This document shows, in pieces, positions 12,330-24,905 of a DNA stretch of 64,000 nucleotides. A program made the translations under genes and the position numbers. Numbering within the stretch: position 1 is the first letter of the stretch; each line of letters begins with the position of its first letter. The notes beneath the pieces were generated by a model. It saw only the letters and a program-made list of their open reading frames with translations. It had not been told where the DNA came from and did not search any database. Origin of the DNA: Chiloscyllium plagiosum (Eukaryota); contig NC_057759.1 in assembly GCF_004010195.1 (NCBI RefSeq), positions 7,715,910 to 7,779,909 of the forward strand. The letters are read 5' to 3'.

Positions 12330-13560
12330 TATAATCAATGTATTGCCCAAAACAAAATGGCTTGGGAGAGAAAAAATGCAACAAGGTACAAAAGCAGGAA
12401 CAGAAGTCACCCATTACGTTCCAAGAGCCAACTCAGCCGAGCAAGAGAATCTTGGCTAATCAGATCCATTTTCCTGCCATTTTCCCGTAACCCTTGATTC
12501 CTTGACTGATCAACATTCTTCTTATCTTACCCTAAAATATATAGGACTCTTTGCTTGCAGATTTCGTGATACGGAAGTGCGATGATCCAGAATCGGCTGT
12601 GGGCACAAAACGTCGTCATCATCTCAGTCTTCTTTAGATGATCCTGTATACGGTGGCTCAGTGGCTAGCACTGCTGCCTCGCAGCATAAGGGTGCCAGGT
12701 TCGATTCCAGCCTCGGGCAACTGCCTGTATGGCGTTTGCACGTTCTCCCTATATCTGCGTCGGTTTCCTCCAACGATGCGCTTTTTTTTTCAGGTGAAAT
12801 GACCATGCTAAATTGTCCATAGTGTTAGGTGCGTTAGTCAGAAGAGGGTGGGTTACTCTTCGGCGTGTCGGTGTGGACTTGTTGGGACAAATAGCCTGTT
12901 TCCACACTGTCGGGGATCTAATCTATCACAAAACCATCCGGTTCAAGACATTGCCTTGTGAGGTGACAACATTTCAGAAAATACTCTCTCAAGCTCCTAA
13001 ATAATCCAATTTGCATCATATGAGACAAAAAGCTTCAAACTGAGGATCACCCTCCTCAAATTTCACTGAATTGGCCCAAAAGAAATAGTTTCATCATCTT
13101 AACGAACAAAACACCTCTCATAGTTCTTCATATGTGATCTCATCAGCATTTCTAACAGTTGCAGTAAGACCTCCTACTCTTGCACTCTTGCACCCATTCC
13201 ATGGGCCAGCTGCTGTCTGTGTGTGCTCGTTTTCTGTGATTTGTGTACGAATATTCCAAAATATCTCTGTGTTGCCGAATTCTGCAGGTTTTGTTTACAT
13301 CTAAATAACACTCTGGTCGTTTGCACTTGCTTACAAAATGAGCAATTTCACATTTTCCCAAATTATAATCCATTTGGCAAAATTTCTGCCTACTTACTTA
13401 ACCTATGAACATATCTGCAGCACTGACATGTCTTTCATACTACCTATTTTTGGAGTTTTCTGCATATTCTGCATATTCGAATTCGTTTCGTCTTACAATT
13501 CAGTATTATATATTGCAATCTGTTAACAATCCTTGCGCTCCTCCCAGTGGCATCTCACGG
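12330..13560 (-). mobile_element. Decayed CR1 fragment containing a SINE
   Basis: MDYNLGKCEIAHF remnant; CR1 3' tail at ~12390-12540. Confidence 0.65.
12648..12926 (+). mobile_element. tRNA-derived V-SINE (HE1-like)
   Basis: A box ggtggctcagtggctagc, B box ggttcgattcc, V-domain tttgcacgttctccc, (atcta)n tail. Confidence 0.88.
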
Positions 13561-14469
13561 TTTGCACTGAACAATGTGAGATACCCAGACTTATACCAAA
13601 TTTATGTCCATTGGCCTCTTTAACATAGGTTATGTTGAAATGCTCGGCTCTGGTTCGGGGTTGAATCAAAAATTATTTTAACAAACAGATAGTCAACAAA
13701 TTGGAAACTTGCAAAAACGGGGTGACTGGTAGAATGGTGGAAGTGCAGAACCGGGTATTGATATTAGAGTAAACACCTCAGTGTCAGATGACCGTTTCGC
13801 TTCAAGACTTTACTTACTTTAATAAGTTCTATGTCATTGTGTAAACAGTACATGGACACTGAAAGTCATTAAATAGTTCGGGTAGAGTCTTTATGAAACT
13901 CAAAACGTTAAAAAGAAAGCGTTCACAAAAAAAAAGGAAAGCCAACAAAACGTTATGAGAGCTGTTATAAAATGAGAAAATGCTTTAAACGGTTAACAAA
14001 TTATAAGCAATCAAAATCAATTACGCGATTAGGAAGGAGGAGGAGGAGGTGGCAGAGAACATAAAGCAAGAAAGAGAGCGAGGTATGCAATTGAATGTAA
14101 TCACACTGGCAGTTGCGTTGTACTGAAGAATCACGAAGAAAAATAACATGAACAAAATATGTGGCCTGTTTAATAGAAAATATCATATTTTGAGTGGGAG
14201 GTGCGGTGTACAGAGAAAGAAAGCGTAAGAAATATATTCCTCATACAACAGACGCTATTAGAATTCCAACATTGTTGCTTGTAGATGATGCATTATGTTT
14301 AGTGAGTGAAGAGAATTGAAATTCTGTAGTATGGGCTATGAAATACGGTTTGTCAGCTATCTGTCCTTGTGCATAAGCTGCAGTTGTGTAATTAATCAAC
14401 TAATGAGAAAGCAAAATGAATGTTCAAGTTATTCAGAGAGAAATGGCAGGTAAACGCAGAAGAGATAGT

Positions 14470-14784
14470 TTAGAATAGATTTCCGACAGTGTGGAAGCAG
14501 ACCCTTTGCCTGAACCAGTCCACACGAACCTTCTGAAAAGAACCCACCCAGACCTATTTCCCTCTGACTAAATGCACCTAGCACGATGGGCAATTTAGGA
14601 TGGCCAATTCACCTGACCTGCATACCTTTGGACAGTAGGAGGAAACCGGAGCACCCGGAGGGAAACCCGTGCAGACGCAGGGAGAATGTATGGAGGAACT
14701 CCACACCAACAGTCACCAGAGGTTAGAATCGAACCGTTGTGCTGAGAGACAGCAGCACTAACCATTGAGGTGCCGTGCCAGCCC
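14470..14784 (-). mobile_element. V-SINE (HE1-like)
   Basis: Reverse complement of A/B boxes, V-domain (ggaaaccggagcacccggagg) and CR1-derived tail. Confidence 0.88.
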
Positions 14785-16148
14785 ACAGTGTCCTGTTGAA
14801 TGTATGCAGATCACTGTGGAGACCACAAAGCCTTTGCTATTCTATTGTTCTTGAGCATTGAGGAATTTATTTGATTTTAAAGAATATCAGAGCAGTTCCA
14901 CTCTGTTGGTTTGTGTGAGACAATACTTGGTTGAGAACGAAACGTTCAGCAGGAACAAAACTTTCAAATTGATAGTTTGAAAAATGAGTGGTGAAGTTAC
15001 TTACGCATAGAGCATTCTGGAGTGGCTTCTTGCGGTGCCAAAACATTTTAGCTCTCTCTCGTGATTGAACCTCTAACCAAGGGCAGCAAAGTTCAGCATG
15101 CGATTGTGCAATTAAAGGTGGAGGTGAGGAAGCATGTCTCAACTTTAATGGCTGTAAATCTCTGGAAATCTTCCAACTAAGGGATAAGTGTGTCTTTATT
15201 CATGATTGAGTTCAATCGATTGCTAATTTGGAACCTAACTAATCCTTCTAATGAGAACACATCCAAGTCGGACAGCAGGTATGTTTCATTAAGTCATAAC
15301 CGTACTGAATAGAGGTGAAAGCTAAATATGCTGAAAAGCTATTCGTGATCCTATTGCTTATATATTTACTTGGAAGAATACTTTCAGCACCTATCAGGCG
15401 GATATCAACTTGTGCGTCACGCAGCAAGTTTACCGTAATTCTTAATTTGTCAATTCTTGATTTACAGAAATGTTGCAAAATTCAAATTTCAACATTGCAT
15501 TTAAACTTTCCTAATACACGACGACATTTTCGTTTGAAATCCACTTTCTCATCTTGCTTTTGATACTGTCTGATATGACTTAAGAACAAAATGTTAAGAC
15601 ATTTGTTACGTGTATTTGAACTTTGGTTTTCTTTAAAGAGACAAAGTTATATTAGTCCATTGAATTTCCAACAAGACCATAGTGGCACAAATTTAAATTG
15701 AAATTGTTTATGTGAGGAATGTGCACAAAACTTCAACAAATCAACAATCAGAAAGGCGAGAAGAAAACAGATATTTGCATGGTATGGATACTGATGGCAT
15801 GGATAGAATATCCATTGACTTGTTAGGCAGAAGACAGATGTCAAGAGGAGAATTGCCATAATCATGGTGATATGATGAGACATTTAGGTATTGTGCAAAC
15901 TAGTGTAGGTTTTAACGTGACTGACAAGTTGAGTAACCCATGGAAGAAGTCGACCGGGATGATCAGATCTATAAGTGCTGACGGGGATTAAACAGAGGGA
16001 GAAACCCCAAGGGATGTAACAGGATTGCAGTGTTGAAAGCAGAGTGAGCACCGAGAAAGAAGTTACGTCATTTCATTCTTTCCACCAAGGTTTCATTATA
16101 AACGCAAATGAAAATCCTTAAATGAGGAATGAAAACAAAGATACTCAC

Positions 16149-16179
16149 CAAACATCAGCAGAGTTGTTAAGACTCCCAT
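16149..16179 (-). CDS. Signal-peptide exon 1 of the Ig-like receptor
   Basis: ATG GGA GTC TTA ACA ACT CTG CTG ATG TTT G|gtgagt = MGVLTTLLMF + phase-1 G. This 31-nt hydrophobic leader with a strong donor is typical of FcR/LRC family genes. Confidence 0.75.
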
Positions 16180-16330
16180 CTGCATAAGAGATTTCGAACA
16201 ATCCACAACGTTTGGAGGCAAACGTTTTCTGGCTGTTCCTCTGACTGAGAGCAGCACTTGAAGTGTGCCAAACAGGACATTGCGAAGAAAGGAAACTAGT
16301 GGCTTGCATATGACGTGTCAGAGCTAGTGA
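16180..16330 (-). promoter_or_regulatory. Putative TATA-less proximal promoter/5'UTR of receptor gene
   Basis: Unique sequence just upstream of the leader ATG. Contains an ETS/PU.1-like AGAGGAAC (minus, ~16234-16241), a C/EBP-like ATTGCGAAG next to AAAGGAAACT (~16279-16297) and a CRE-like TGACGT (~16311). Motif matches only. Confidence 0.3.
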
Positions 16331-17168
16331 ATTAAAATAAATGATCAAAGATGTTGTCAAACTGGATAGGGATGCAGTGGTATGTTTTCACAAGTTCAAC
16401 CAAGTTCTATTGCACACGATACAAAGCACATCATCAGCTGTGCCAACCCAGGAGCAATAGAAAAAGCGAGATCATCGTTGATCTCAGGCAACATATTCTG
16501 CATTCTCTTCCCCGCCACCCCTTCCATTCCTTCCACCCAGGCCCCACAGCCAACTGTTCTGGCGAAGGCCAGACCCCCTCAAAACATTTCAAGAAGCTGA
16601 ACCAGACCCTCACTTATCTATTTGTTTTAAACAAGTATAGAATAGATATTCCACGAGAGATGCAGCTGTCCCAACCACTCAGTTTAAAAAAAAACAGGAT
16701 TCATTTCAGGCATATGAATAAATTGTGAACAGAAGAGAACCGAACTTAGAATGATATGATTTTACTGAAAACCCAATCGACTCTATCACAACTTAATTAA
16801 TGCTGTTCCAAATACTTGCATTATTCCCATTTAAAGAAAAAAACTTGGCAAAAAAAAAGATAAAATCAAAAACGTCATCTTACAGTAGAGAGATTTCTCA
16901 GCGAGAGAGGAACAACATGGAGCTATTCAATTGGATCCCGAGCAGCTTCTCTGGGTTCCCGGCTAAAAATCGGCCAGCAGCTGCAAACAGAACAGCTGGC
17001 TAAAACCAAACTAAACCAAACCCTGAACTGGGAGAATTAGTCACTCTCCTTTCATTGTGTAACGATATTTAAAAATAGAACATTTAAAAGCTTTATGAAG
17101 TAGATATTTCCAAAAATATTGGAACCTCTGCCATTGTGATACCCTCTGAAAGAAAAGGGCATTGGAAC

Positions 17169-17300
17169 CATTCCTGATGAAGGGATGATGTCCGAAACGT
17201 CGATGCTCCTGCTTCTCGGATGCTGCCTGGCCTTCTGTGTTTTTCCAACACCACAATCTGAACTGTGAACTCCAGCATCTGCAGTCTTCACTTTCTCACC
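17169..17300 (+). mobile_element. Short Penelope-like tail fragment with intact-looking minimal hammerhead core
   Basis: CTGATGA(17174-80)-A-GGGATGATGTCC-GAAAC(17194-98)-GTC, followed by the same tail as 10385-10482. Confidence 0.8.
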
Positions 17301-19019
17301 CATCATAACCTTGTGAAAGGAGCAACGTCGTCACTCGTGCCACTCCATCCAAAATCCACACAATGCTTCGGAAATATGTTACAAATCGGATCTACCTCCT
17401 GAATCTCGCTTGTGAACACCGTCCAGTCGTTGTCGTCCACCCAAAGAGAAACATACGCGCTATTTCTATTTCATGTCTCAGGAAAAGGGAAGCCCAAAAC
17501 TAAATACTTCGTGTCCAACGGCACCAGCATGAATATTTACCTATTAAAAGAGGATCGCAGCTGATGGTCATGCCACACGGGCTACTTAGTTTAATATTCA
17601 ACTTGCCACAGTGAACTTGACCGACCTTGCTTTTCTCATAAAATAAGGGTGCCTGTTTCTGTCTACACTGAAGAATTAACTTCACATTTTTACCAGGCAA
17701 AAAAAAACCAAGAAGATAGAAACATAGAAATATATGTATATATATGAAAGAGAAAAAGATCATGAATAGACCATTTGGCACATCCAGTCAGGTCCCATGT
17801 TCGACATACTGACGACTGATCGCAAACTCTGGAGACTGTTTTCGCTTTCTCCCATATCTTTTGACCCCTTTCGCCATAATGACAATATAAAGCTCTTTAT
17901 TAAAACATTCAATGAATGACCTGAACAGCGTTCATTGGCAGGTATTCCACAGGGTGAGTAATCGCTCATGAAGACATTTCTCCAAATCATAGACCTAAAT
18001 TTCCGATATTGTATTCTTAAGTCCCATGAAAACAGGAAGGACGACAAATGCTGTAAATAAGAAACAAAAAAAAAGAAGTTGCTGGAAAATCTCAGCAGGT
18101 CTGGTCGAATCTGTGATCAGAAATCAGGGTTAACTTATCGGGTCCGGTGTCCTTCCTGCACATCCTTCACTTTTTGCAACGACGTGGATATTACATATTA
18201 GGTAATGGACTGCAACATTTTGCTGGTTATTTATGTCTCACCAACAGATCTATAATTTCCTGCTTGGCTTTTTTTTATACCTGATCCATCCTTCGAGACT
18301 TCGAAACTGTTCCAGGCTTTATAAAACTTTATAAACGATCACTAATGCATTCATAACTTGTGGAGCATTCTTGTTCTGTGATGTAGATGGTCGATAATAA
18401 ATATTTATCTGTCGACACTCCCACTGATTTCGCCAACATCATGTCCGCCCTAATGGTGATTTACTCAACTCCTTCTTCGTCATAGAGCCTGTTCTTGCCC
18501 TTCTTTCTGAAGACAACATTCAACTATGATTTTCCATTTCTTCCATCCCTTTGTTACCCATTGTAATTTGTCTTTTGCTTTTCTGAAAGCAGGAGAACTT
18601 CATTTGTACTGATAATGTCTATAATGTTGAAGAAGGTGACGATAGAAAGATTCCATTCAATGATTATTATCCGACAAAGTTCGATACATTCTGCAAATGA
18701 CTTCCACAATTGTAACTTTGAAAATCATTCCAATATTAAACAAGTTAGAAAAATGGAGATAGGTGAAGGTCAGACCAGATAATCTTGCAATAATATTAGA
18801 ATGCAGGAGGGTAGGTCATTCGCAATCCCATTCACATATCTCAGACCGAAGTGTTAGCATAGACTTCAACTCTAGTCTTGTAAAGTTGGCAGAAGGAAAG
18901 TGACACTTTTCCCTCCACAGTGAATCAGCGAAGGACGCAGTTAATAGTGAGTAATGTGATAATTTCTTGATTGTTGTTCCATTATTATGTCAAAGAGAGG
19001 GGTTTTCACTCTTCAGAAA

Positions 19020-19270
19020 TGAGTACATAATACATTTAGACTCACCCATGTATTCACATATTAAGCTCACACATAATTAATTCAAACTTGTGTAACACAT
19101 ACTTACACATGTACTCTTTTGTGCACAGGCATTCTATCCTTGTTACAGAAATATATAAATATATACAGTCTCCACTCATATAAATGCTCATACGTACATG
19201 CACACTCACACTTATTAGTACAAGAATGCACACCCGCAATGTGTACATGCACACTGCCACATGCAGACTT
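19020..19270. repeat. Decayed (CA)n/(TA)n microsatellite
   Basis: Degenerate acacat/acacac runs. Confidence 0.6.
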
Positions 19271-19954
19271 ATTGAAAGACTAATCTCTTCACACTGATAT
19301 CGTATCAGTTTATGTCACCAACAGAGACGTCTCCACAAAGTTTTTGTCAGGTCATGTCACTGCAAGAGGATTCGTTTCACGCATAGAATATTCTGTGCCT
19401 CCCCCATATTAAGGGATATCTACGTAAAGAGTATTCGACAGTGTTCTCGCTGCCAGCAGGTACTCACAGTATATGTAACTGAGAGAGGGGATGTCACACA
19501 CAGAGTGTGTTGCTACCTCTGGCAACGAGCGGTGTCCTTCAAACAATGTACAGCTACCTATCGAAGGTAAAAACTAAATTGGTCACTGAAAAGGAGGATG
19601 GCATAAAAGCTGTGGATTGATGAGCCTGACGTCTTTAGTTGGAAAAATGTTGGAGAATCAATTGTAGAAGAAATCATAAGGGCACATTCAGAAAATCATA
19701 ATCCATTTAAAGAGTATCAGCAAGATGTAATGAAAGCAAATCTGGGTTGTCTAATTCATTGGATGGTTCTGACGAAGTTTCTAAATGAGTGGACAGAGGG
19801 CAATCTCAAGATATGTTTTATTACGGCTTTAAAAAAACAATTTCGACAAGTTACCTCAGCAAAGATTACGTCATATGGAAAGAATCCACGGAGTTATAGG
19901 TAGCGTAATATGTAATTGACGTGGTAAGACAATGGGATCTAGACAAGAACTTAC

Positions 19955-20470
19955 ATGTTTGAAATAAAGGTCTACTTTGGACAAATAGACAGAAAACTAG
20001 TCACCAGGATACATGAACATCAACTAGCCACAACACGACATGGCCCACTCTCATTAGTATCCTTGTATACGTATGACAAATGTCACCACTTTAACTGGGA
20101 CAACACATCCATCCTAGGACAACCCAAAAAGAGACACGCACGAGAATTCCTGGAAGCATGGCATTCCAACCGTAACTCTATCAACAAACACATTGACTTA
20201 GATCCCACTTACCACCCCCTGAGAAAAAGAACAGGAAATGATATCACCATGGGATATGTTTTCACCACAGGAGATGACATCAACAACCCAAGTAAACTCA
20301 AATATATGAATAGACAGCGGGCCACACTACCAGTGCTTCACACGGAGGCTCATTGAAAATGTTACCTAATATGGTGACGAAACATCTGAAAACGAACCTT
20401 CCAGCTCAGAGAGCAAACCTACTTCCAGAACCTCACACTGAGATACACAGTTTCTCCAAACCAGCTAAAA
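19955..20470 (+). mobile_element. Penelope-like fragment (GIY-YIG endonuclease 3' end), second family
   Basis: YFGQIDRKLVTRIHEH...HHFNWDNTSILGQ...AREFLEAWHS; degenerate hammerhead at ~20352-20387. Confidence 0.88.
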
Positions 20471-21544
20471 CAATAAGAAATCTGACTTGAGGATTGTTGA
20501 ATGATCCATAATACAATTGAATGGCGGAGCATGCTTCAGGGACTGAATGACATAATGTTGCTCCTATCTCTTGTTATTGTGATTCACATGGGAAGAGTTC
20601 ATTCCTGCCCATAGTGACAGTGTGATAGTCAAAGTAACATGTGAGCTATCTGTTTATTATCATGAACTTAATAGACGTTTTGGAGGATTAGAATTCATTG
20701 TTGGAACTTCCAGCTTTTGTGTGCTGCACATGTTATCTCTGATCTTGCAGTTGAGGGTCCTATCAAATCTCCCCTAAACTGAAAGATTATCAGCATCTTA
20801 ACTGACCCATATCAGATGTGGTGGTAACTCGTTGCAGAGGATATCTCCACTTGCACATAGATTTTACCCCAGTCCAGTGCGCTTTGTGCTGCATTCACAG
20901 TGTCCTGTTTCAGTTTTATGCCTTTAATGTGGCAAAACCAATATTATTTCAGGCCTGAGCAATGTCTTGACTAAGCTGCCACGTGGACTCAGAGCATTCC
21001 ATTCAATTCCTTAGTGAAGAATTAGGCTCATCTTGAACTATGTATTCTGTACACGTAAGTTGCTTTGTTTGTTTTGGAGACATATTTGTCCCAATCAATC
21101 AGAGGCAGACGTAAAACCCGTTATCTTTCAGTCAATGATTAACTAGTAAATTAAGTTAACTGGTAAATTATTGGAAATGTGATATGAAAAATAAATCACA
21201 TGTTACATTTTTGTTTGTACTATTTTCTGAAGATGTTGTCACATGAATTTAATACGAACCAACCATCTATGTACTGGGAAATAAATTTCTCCTGGCAAGT
21301 ACACATTACATTCCGACTTCTTTCTTTTTTGACTCATTATTCACTTGTTGGATATCGGCGTGTTGGCTGGGCCACAACTTATTGCCCATTCCGAATTGCT
21401 CTTGTTTGTGGGACATTCCTTCTTGAACAACTATACTTAATGGATAAACATTTCCCTTAGAGAAAGAATGCATGTTGGAAATACATTGGCTCTTGTTTCA
21501 ATGCCTTTGTATAAAAATAGTGGGCCTCATTAACAACACTTTAT

Positions 21545-21862
21545 AGAATCTCGACTGTGTTGGAACAGGCCCTTCGGCACAACAATTTCATACCAACCCA
21601 GTCAAGAGTACCCCATCCAAACCCATTCCTCTACTGTTGACTAATTCACTCAACCTACATGCTGCTGAAAACTATGGGCAATTTAGCATGACCAATTCAC
21701 TTAAACTGCACAACTTTGGACTGTGTAAGGAAACCAGAGCACCCAGAGGAAACCAACGCAGACACATGGAAACTCCACACAGACAGTCACCCGAGGCGAG
21801 AATCGAGCGGGGGTCCTTGAAGCTGTGAGGCAGCAGCGCTAACCACTGAGCTATCAAGCCAC
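21545..21862 (-). mobile_element. V-SINE (HE1-like)
   Basis: Same structure as the other copies; absent from paralogous copy C. Confidence 0.88.
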
Positions 21863-22659
21863 ACCTTATGTGTCACAACGCCCATGTATAGCAGAAGTTC
21901 AGGAACTCAGTTTACTGCCAAAGTTTCAATTTGCAATTAGTGGTGGGCAATAATTGCAGGTCATGCCATAGTCCTGGTAAATGATGATACTATGACAATC
22001 AAGCCGGCATTGCAAGCATCATCATTCATACACGCACGCAATATGCCACATCATGATTGCCTACTGGGCAATGTCTTTTAACATTTCACACAAATCCTGT
22101 GAGAATTCCTCACAACATCTCATCTAGCTAAGTGTTTCTGTAACTTACATCAGTTTAGCGTTGCTTGATAGCGCTCAGAGCCACCGTAGTACAGACAACA
22201 TTATGACGAACAATATGAGTGATGATTTCGGGTAACTCCTCTTTGCATTAGTGGCATTCCGGAGAAAGTTGTAGAAGTCAAGGGGCCTGTTTTATCACTG
22301 TGTACAGGATGAAATCCATTGAGTCCACCGACATGCTTCTGCTATTCAATGAGGTCATTAACAATCTATTCAGTGAGTTCACTCCATTGAGTGAGTTGCA
22401 AATATTAATAAGGATACAAATATTGCAGGAAAACAAGCACTGGAGAAGATGTGTGGTAGTTATTTGAAATGGGTTGTCAAAATCCTTGCCAATGAAACTA
22501 GCTGCTTGGAAAACCTGATTTTATCTTCTTTGAGAAGAATAATATTATTTATTTAGTTTAGACTGGCGTGTTATTATTTATTATAACATTCTACTAGGGA
22601 TGTATATGACTACAGAAATTTATTTCTGTACTAATTGATTGGTTAGCAAGCACTTTTCA

Positions 22660-23760
22660 CAATGGAAACATAGAAGTTGATCGCGCTGGACATCAAGTTT
22701 AATCCTACTCCAGCTCACTTTAGTATCAATCGGTCCTTTTAGTAACACAATCTGTATCTACCTTCTTTTTCAAAGCAGGTAACGTATTATTTTCAACAAC
22801 TTTCTGCGGCATGAAGCTCTAAATATTCATCTCACTCTGGGTGAAGCCTTTTCTCCACGTCTCATTTCGACAATGTTCACCTCGCACCCTTAAGCTATGA
22901 CCCTGGTTCAGTGCTCCATCCCCACCAGTAAGAACCTTCCAGCGTCCAAACTGTTTGATGCTGTTAGCATTTGCAAGTAGCTAAGCATTGTCTCTGAATG
23001 CCAGTGTATTCGATCTTAGCCAACTCAATCTGTCCTCATACATCAGTCCTACTTTCCGAGGAGTCAACTTGGGAAAGCATCACAGCACTCCCTCCTTTGC
23101 AATAACGTTCTTCCTCCAATAATGGAAGCCACAGTTATGTGCAGTTTCCCAGACGTGTCATCACAAAGGCCCTACATCTTTTTAGAAAGACATCCGTGTT
23201 CATGAACTCGAAGTCTCTCATTACGAAGATCATTCCACAGTTAATCTTCTTTACATACGAAAACACGAGCGTCGTTATTTTCCACAATTGGTGGACCAGG
23301 ACAAGAAGAACACGTTAACTGTCCCCTTCTCCCAATTTATAACCATTCTAATATGAACCTCACATCCCAATTTCGCTACTAAACTGTGTAACATCATATT
23401 TATCAAAATTATGCTGCATTGGCCCACTTATGCGTCCTGTGCAAATCACATGACAGCATCACTGCCTCCAACTCACATCTGAACCTTCGAAAAATCTATG
23501 TGCCTTCGGCAAACTTTGTGAACCTACATTTACTTTCCTCAGTAAATCATTGACATATGGTTGAATAGCTTGTGTCCACTTTCATCTTGCTCACGGCCTA
23601 TAATGCAGCAAAATAAAAATCCCCCACTCTGTTTCCTGTCCAATAAAATATGTTCTGTACACCCATTTCGACGTATTTCTTTAAAAAAGCATTTATTCCC
23701 TATTTTCTGGATTATCTACTTCAAAGTTGCAGCTATTGCTCGTATCTGGTAGACTTTTAC
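22660..23760 (-). mobile_element. Old CR1 3' fragment (shared with paralog ~39650-40770)
   Basis: Reverse-complement CR1 tail and RT C-terminal remnants. Confidence 0.65.
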
Positions 23761-24562
23761 TTCCTTCCTTTGTTTCCTGTTCCAGTTTGAAATGTCATTT
23801 ATTTTTCAAAATCTTATGAAACGCGACATGAGTTGAAGAGGAGTAAAATTCCAAAAGAAAAATCATATTCTGGACAATATCTTCCAAGTTTTAATATGTA
23901 AGAGATGACAAATGGTACCTGGAGAGCCTCCACGTCAACCATAAAACAATAATCTTTTGGGATGGCTAGGTTCACAGGTGAAATTTCGATTTTTCAGCAT
24001 TCCTGCACGTAGCCCAAGCAATAGCCAAAAATTGCAAGTCTCATGTTATGTTGTTCTCGAGGCAAAAAGTTTGATTTCAGTTTGCTGCCGAAGTTGAAGT
24101 GCACACTAAACAAAACTGGAAAAGAAACACTCATGTGACCTTGCTTGAACTCGAAAATGTTGACTTCTTCCTGCAGTTCTCGTGCCTAACGTCTGCAATA
24201 CCTCGTACTCTTGGTTCTTAAATTTCGTTAAATGAGTATTCTTTATGCTCTTAAATGGCTCATGTGAAACCCCTTTCCTGTGCTTTCTGCACGGTAACTA
24301 CTCACTGAAGAAATAACTTCCTATGGTTTTTTTTAGGCTGATTACAATTAATACAAATTGACACTTCTTCATCTGGATTGTGATGAGCTTTTGTCATTTT
24401 CTGCAAAAGGGCACTGGAGACTAATTCAGTCAATGTTTCATAAAGTACCTAAACACAGCTTATGGAGCTGAAGGTACAAAAGGGTGCGGGATAAAGGCAG
24501 GAGCTGTACTGAGAGTGCATATTGAACCAGGGAAGAACAGACTTTAAGTGCATAATGGCCTT

Positions 24563-24905
24563 CATTCACAGGATGAAAGCGTCGCTGGCTAGTCGAGCGT
24601 TTATTGATCATCCCTAATCATCTAGATGCCAGTTAAGGGTTAATTATATTTCTAATTGTGTGGAGTCGTATGTAGGCAGACAAGGTAATGATAGATGTTT
24701 TCTTGCCAAAAGGACATTAGTGATCCAGATGCATTCAATTCTGGACAACCGACAACACAATCACGGCCATTATGAGTGTCTTAATTACAGAGTTTTATGG
24801 AATTGAACTTGCACTAAGACCAATTTTTGGAGTGAAATCCGGGTCCCTGGAGCATTACCAGATTCTCTGAATTGACAGTTCATCTACAATGCCGCTGGGC
24901 TATCG
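24563..24905 (-). mobile_element. DeuSINE (SacSINE1-like); paralogs at ~27757-28095 and ~41580-42010
   Basis: Reverse complement of the Deu-type core (aaaaggacattagtga) and of the tRNA-like head (ccgggtccctgg). Confidence 0.7.

Noticed and set aside
12651-12720. tRNA-like A/B boxes as tRNA genes
   Set aside because: They are SINE heads followed by a V-domain and a LINE-derived tail.
13818-13858. Candidate micro-exon with ctttcag/gtaagt sites
   Set aside because: 41 nt would shift the frame.
14784-14818. cacagtg...cactgtg heptamers (also a lone GGTTTTTGT at 50423) suggesting V(D)J RSS
   Set aside because: No heptamer-nonamer pair at 12/23 spacing and no V/D/J segments, so this is not an Ig, IgNAR or TCR locus.
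15005-15028. Alternative leader mini-exon (12, 21 or 24 nt) with gtaagt donor
   Set aside because: No polypyrimidine tract, and the peptide fits a signal peptide poorly; 11360-11383 is better.
17041-17160. Strong-looking acceptor (cccttttctttcag) that might begin a terminal exon of an upstream gene
   Set aside because: No TM or other upstream exons were found, and the translations lack convincing motifs.
20700-21060. Block shared by paralogs A and C as a possible conserved exon
   Set aside because: No sustained ORF and indels between the copies; the minus strand resembles an ancient CR1 RT C-terminus.
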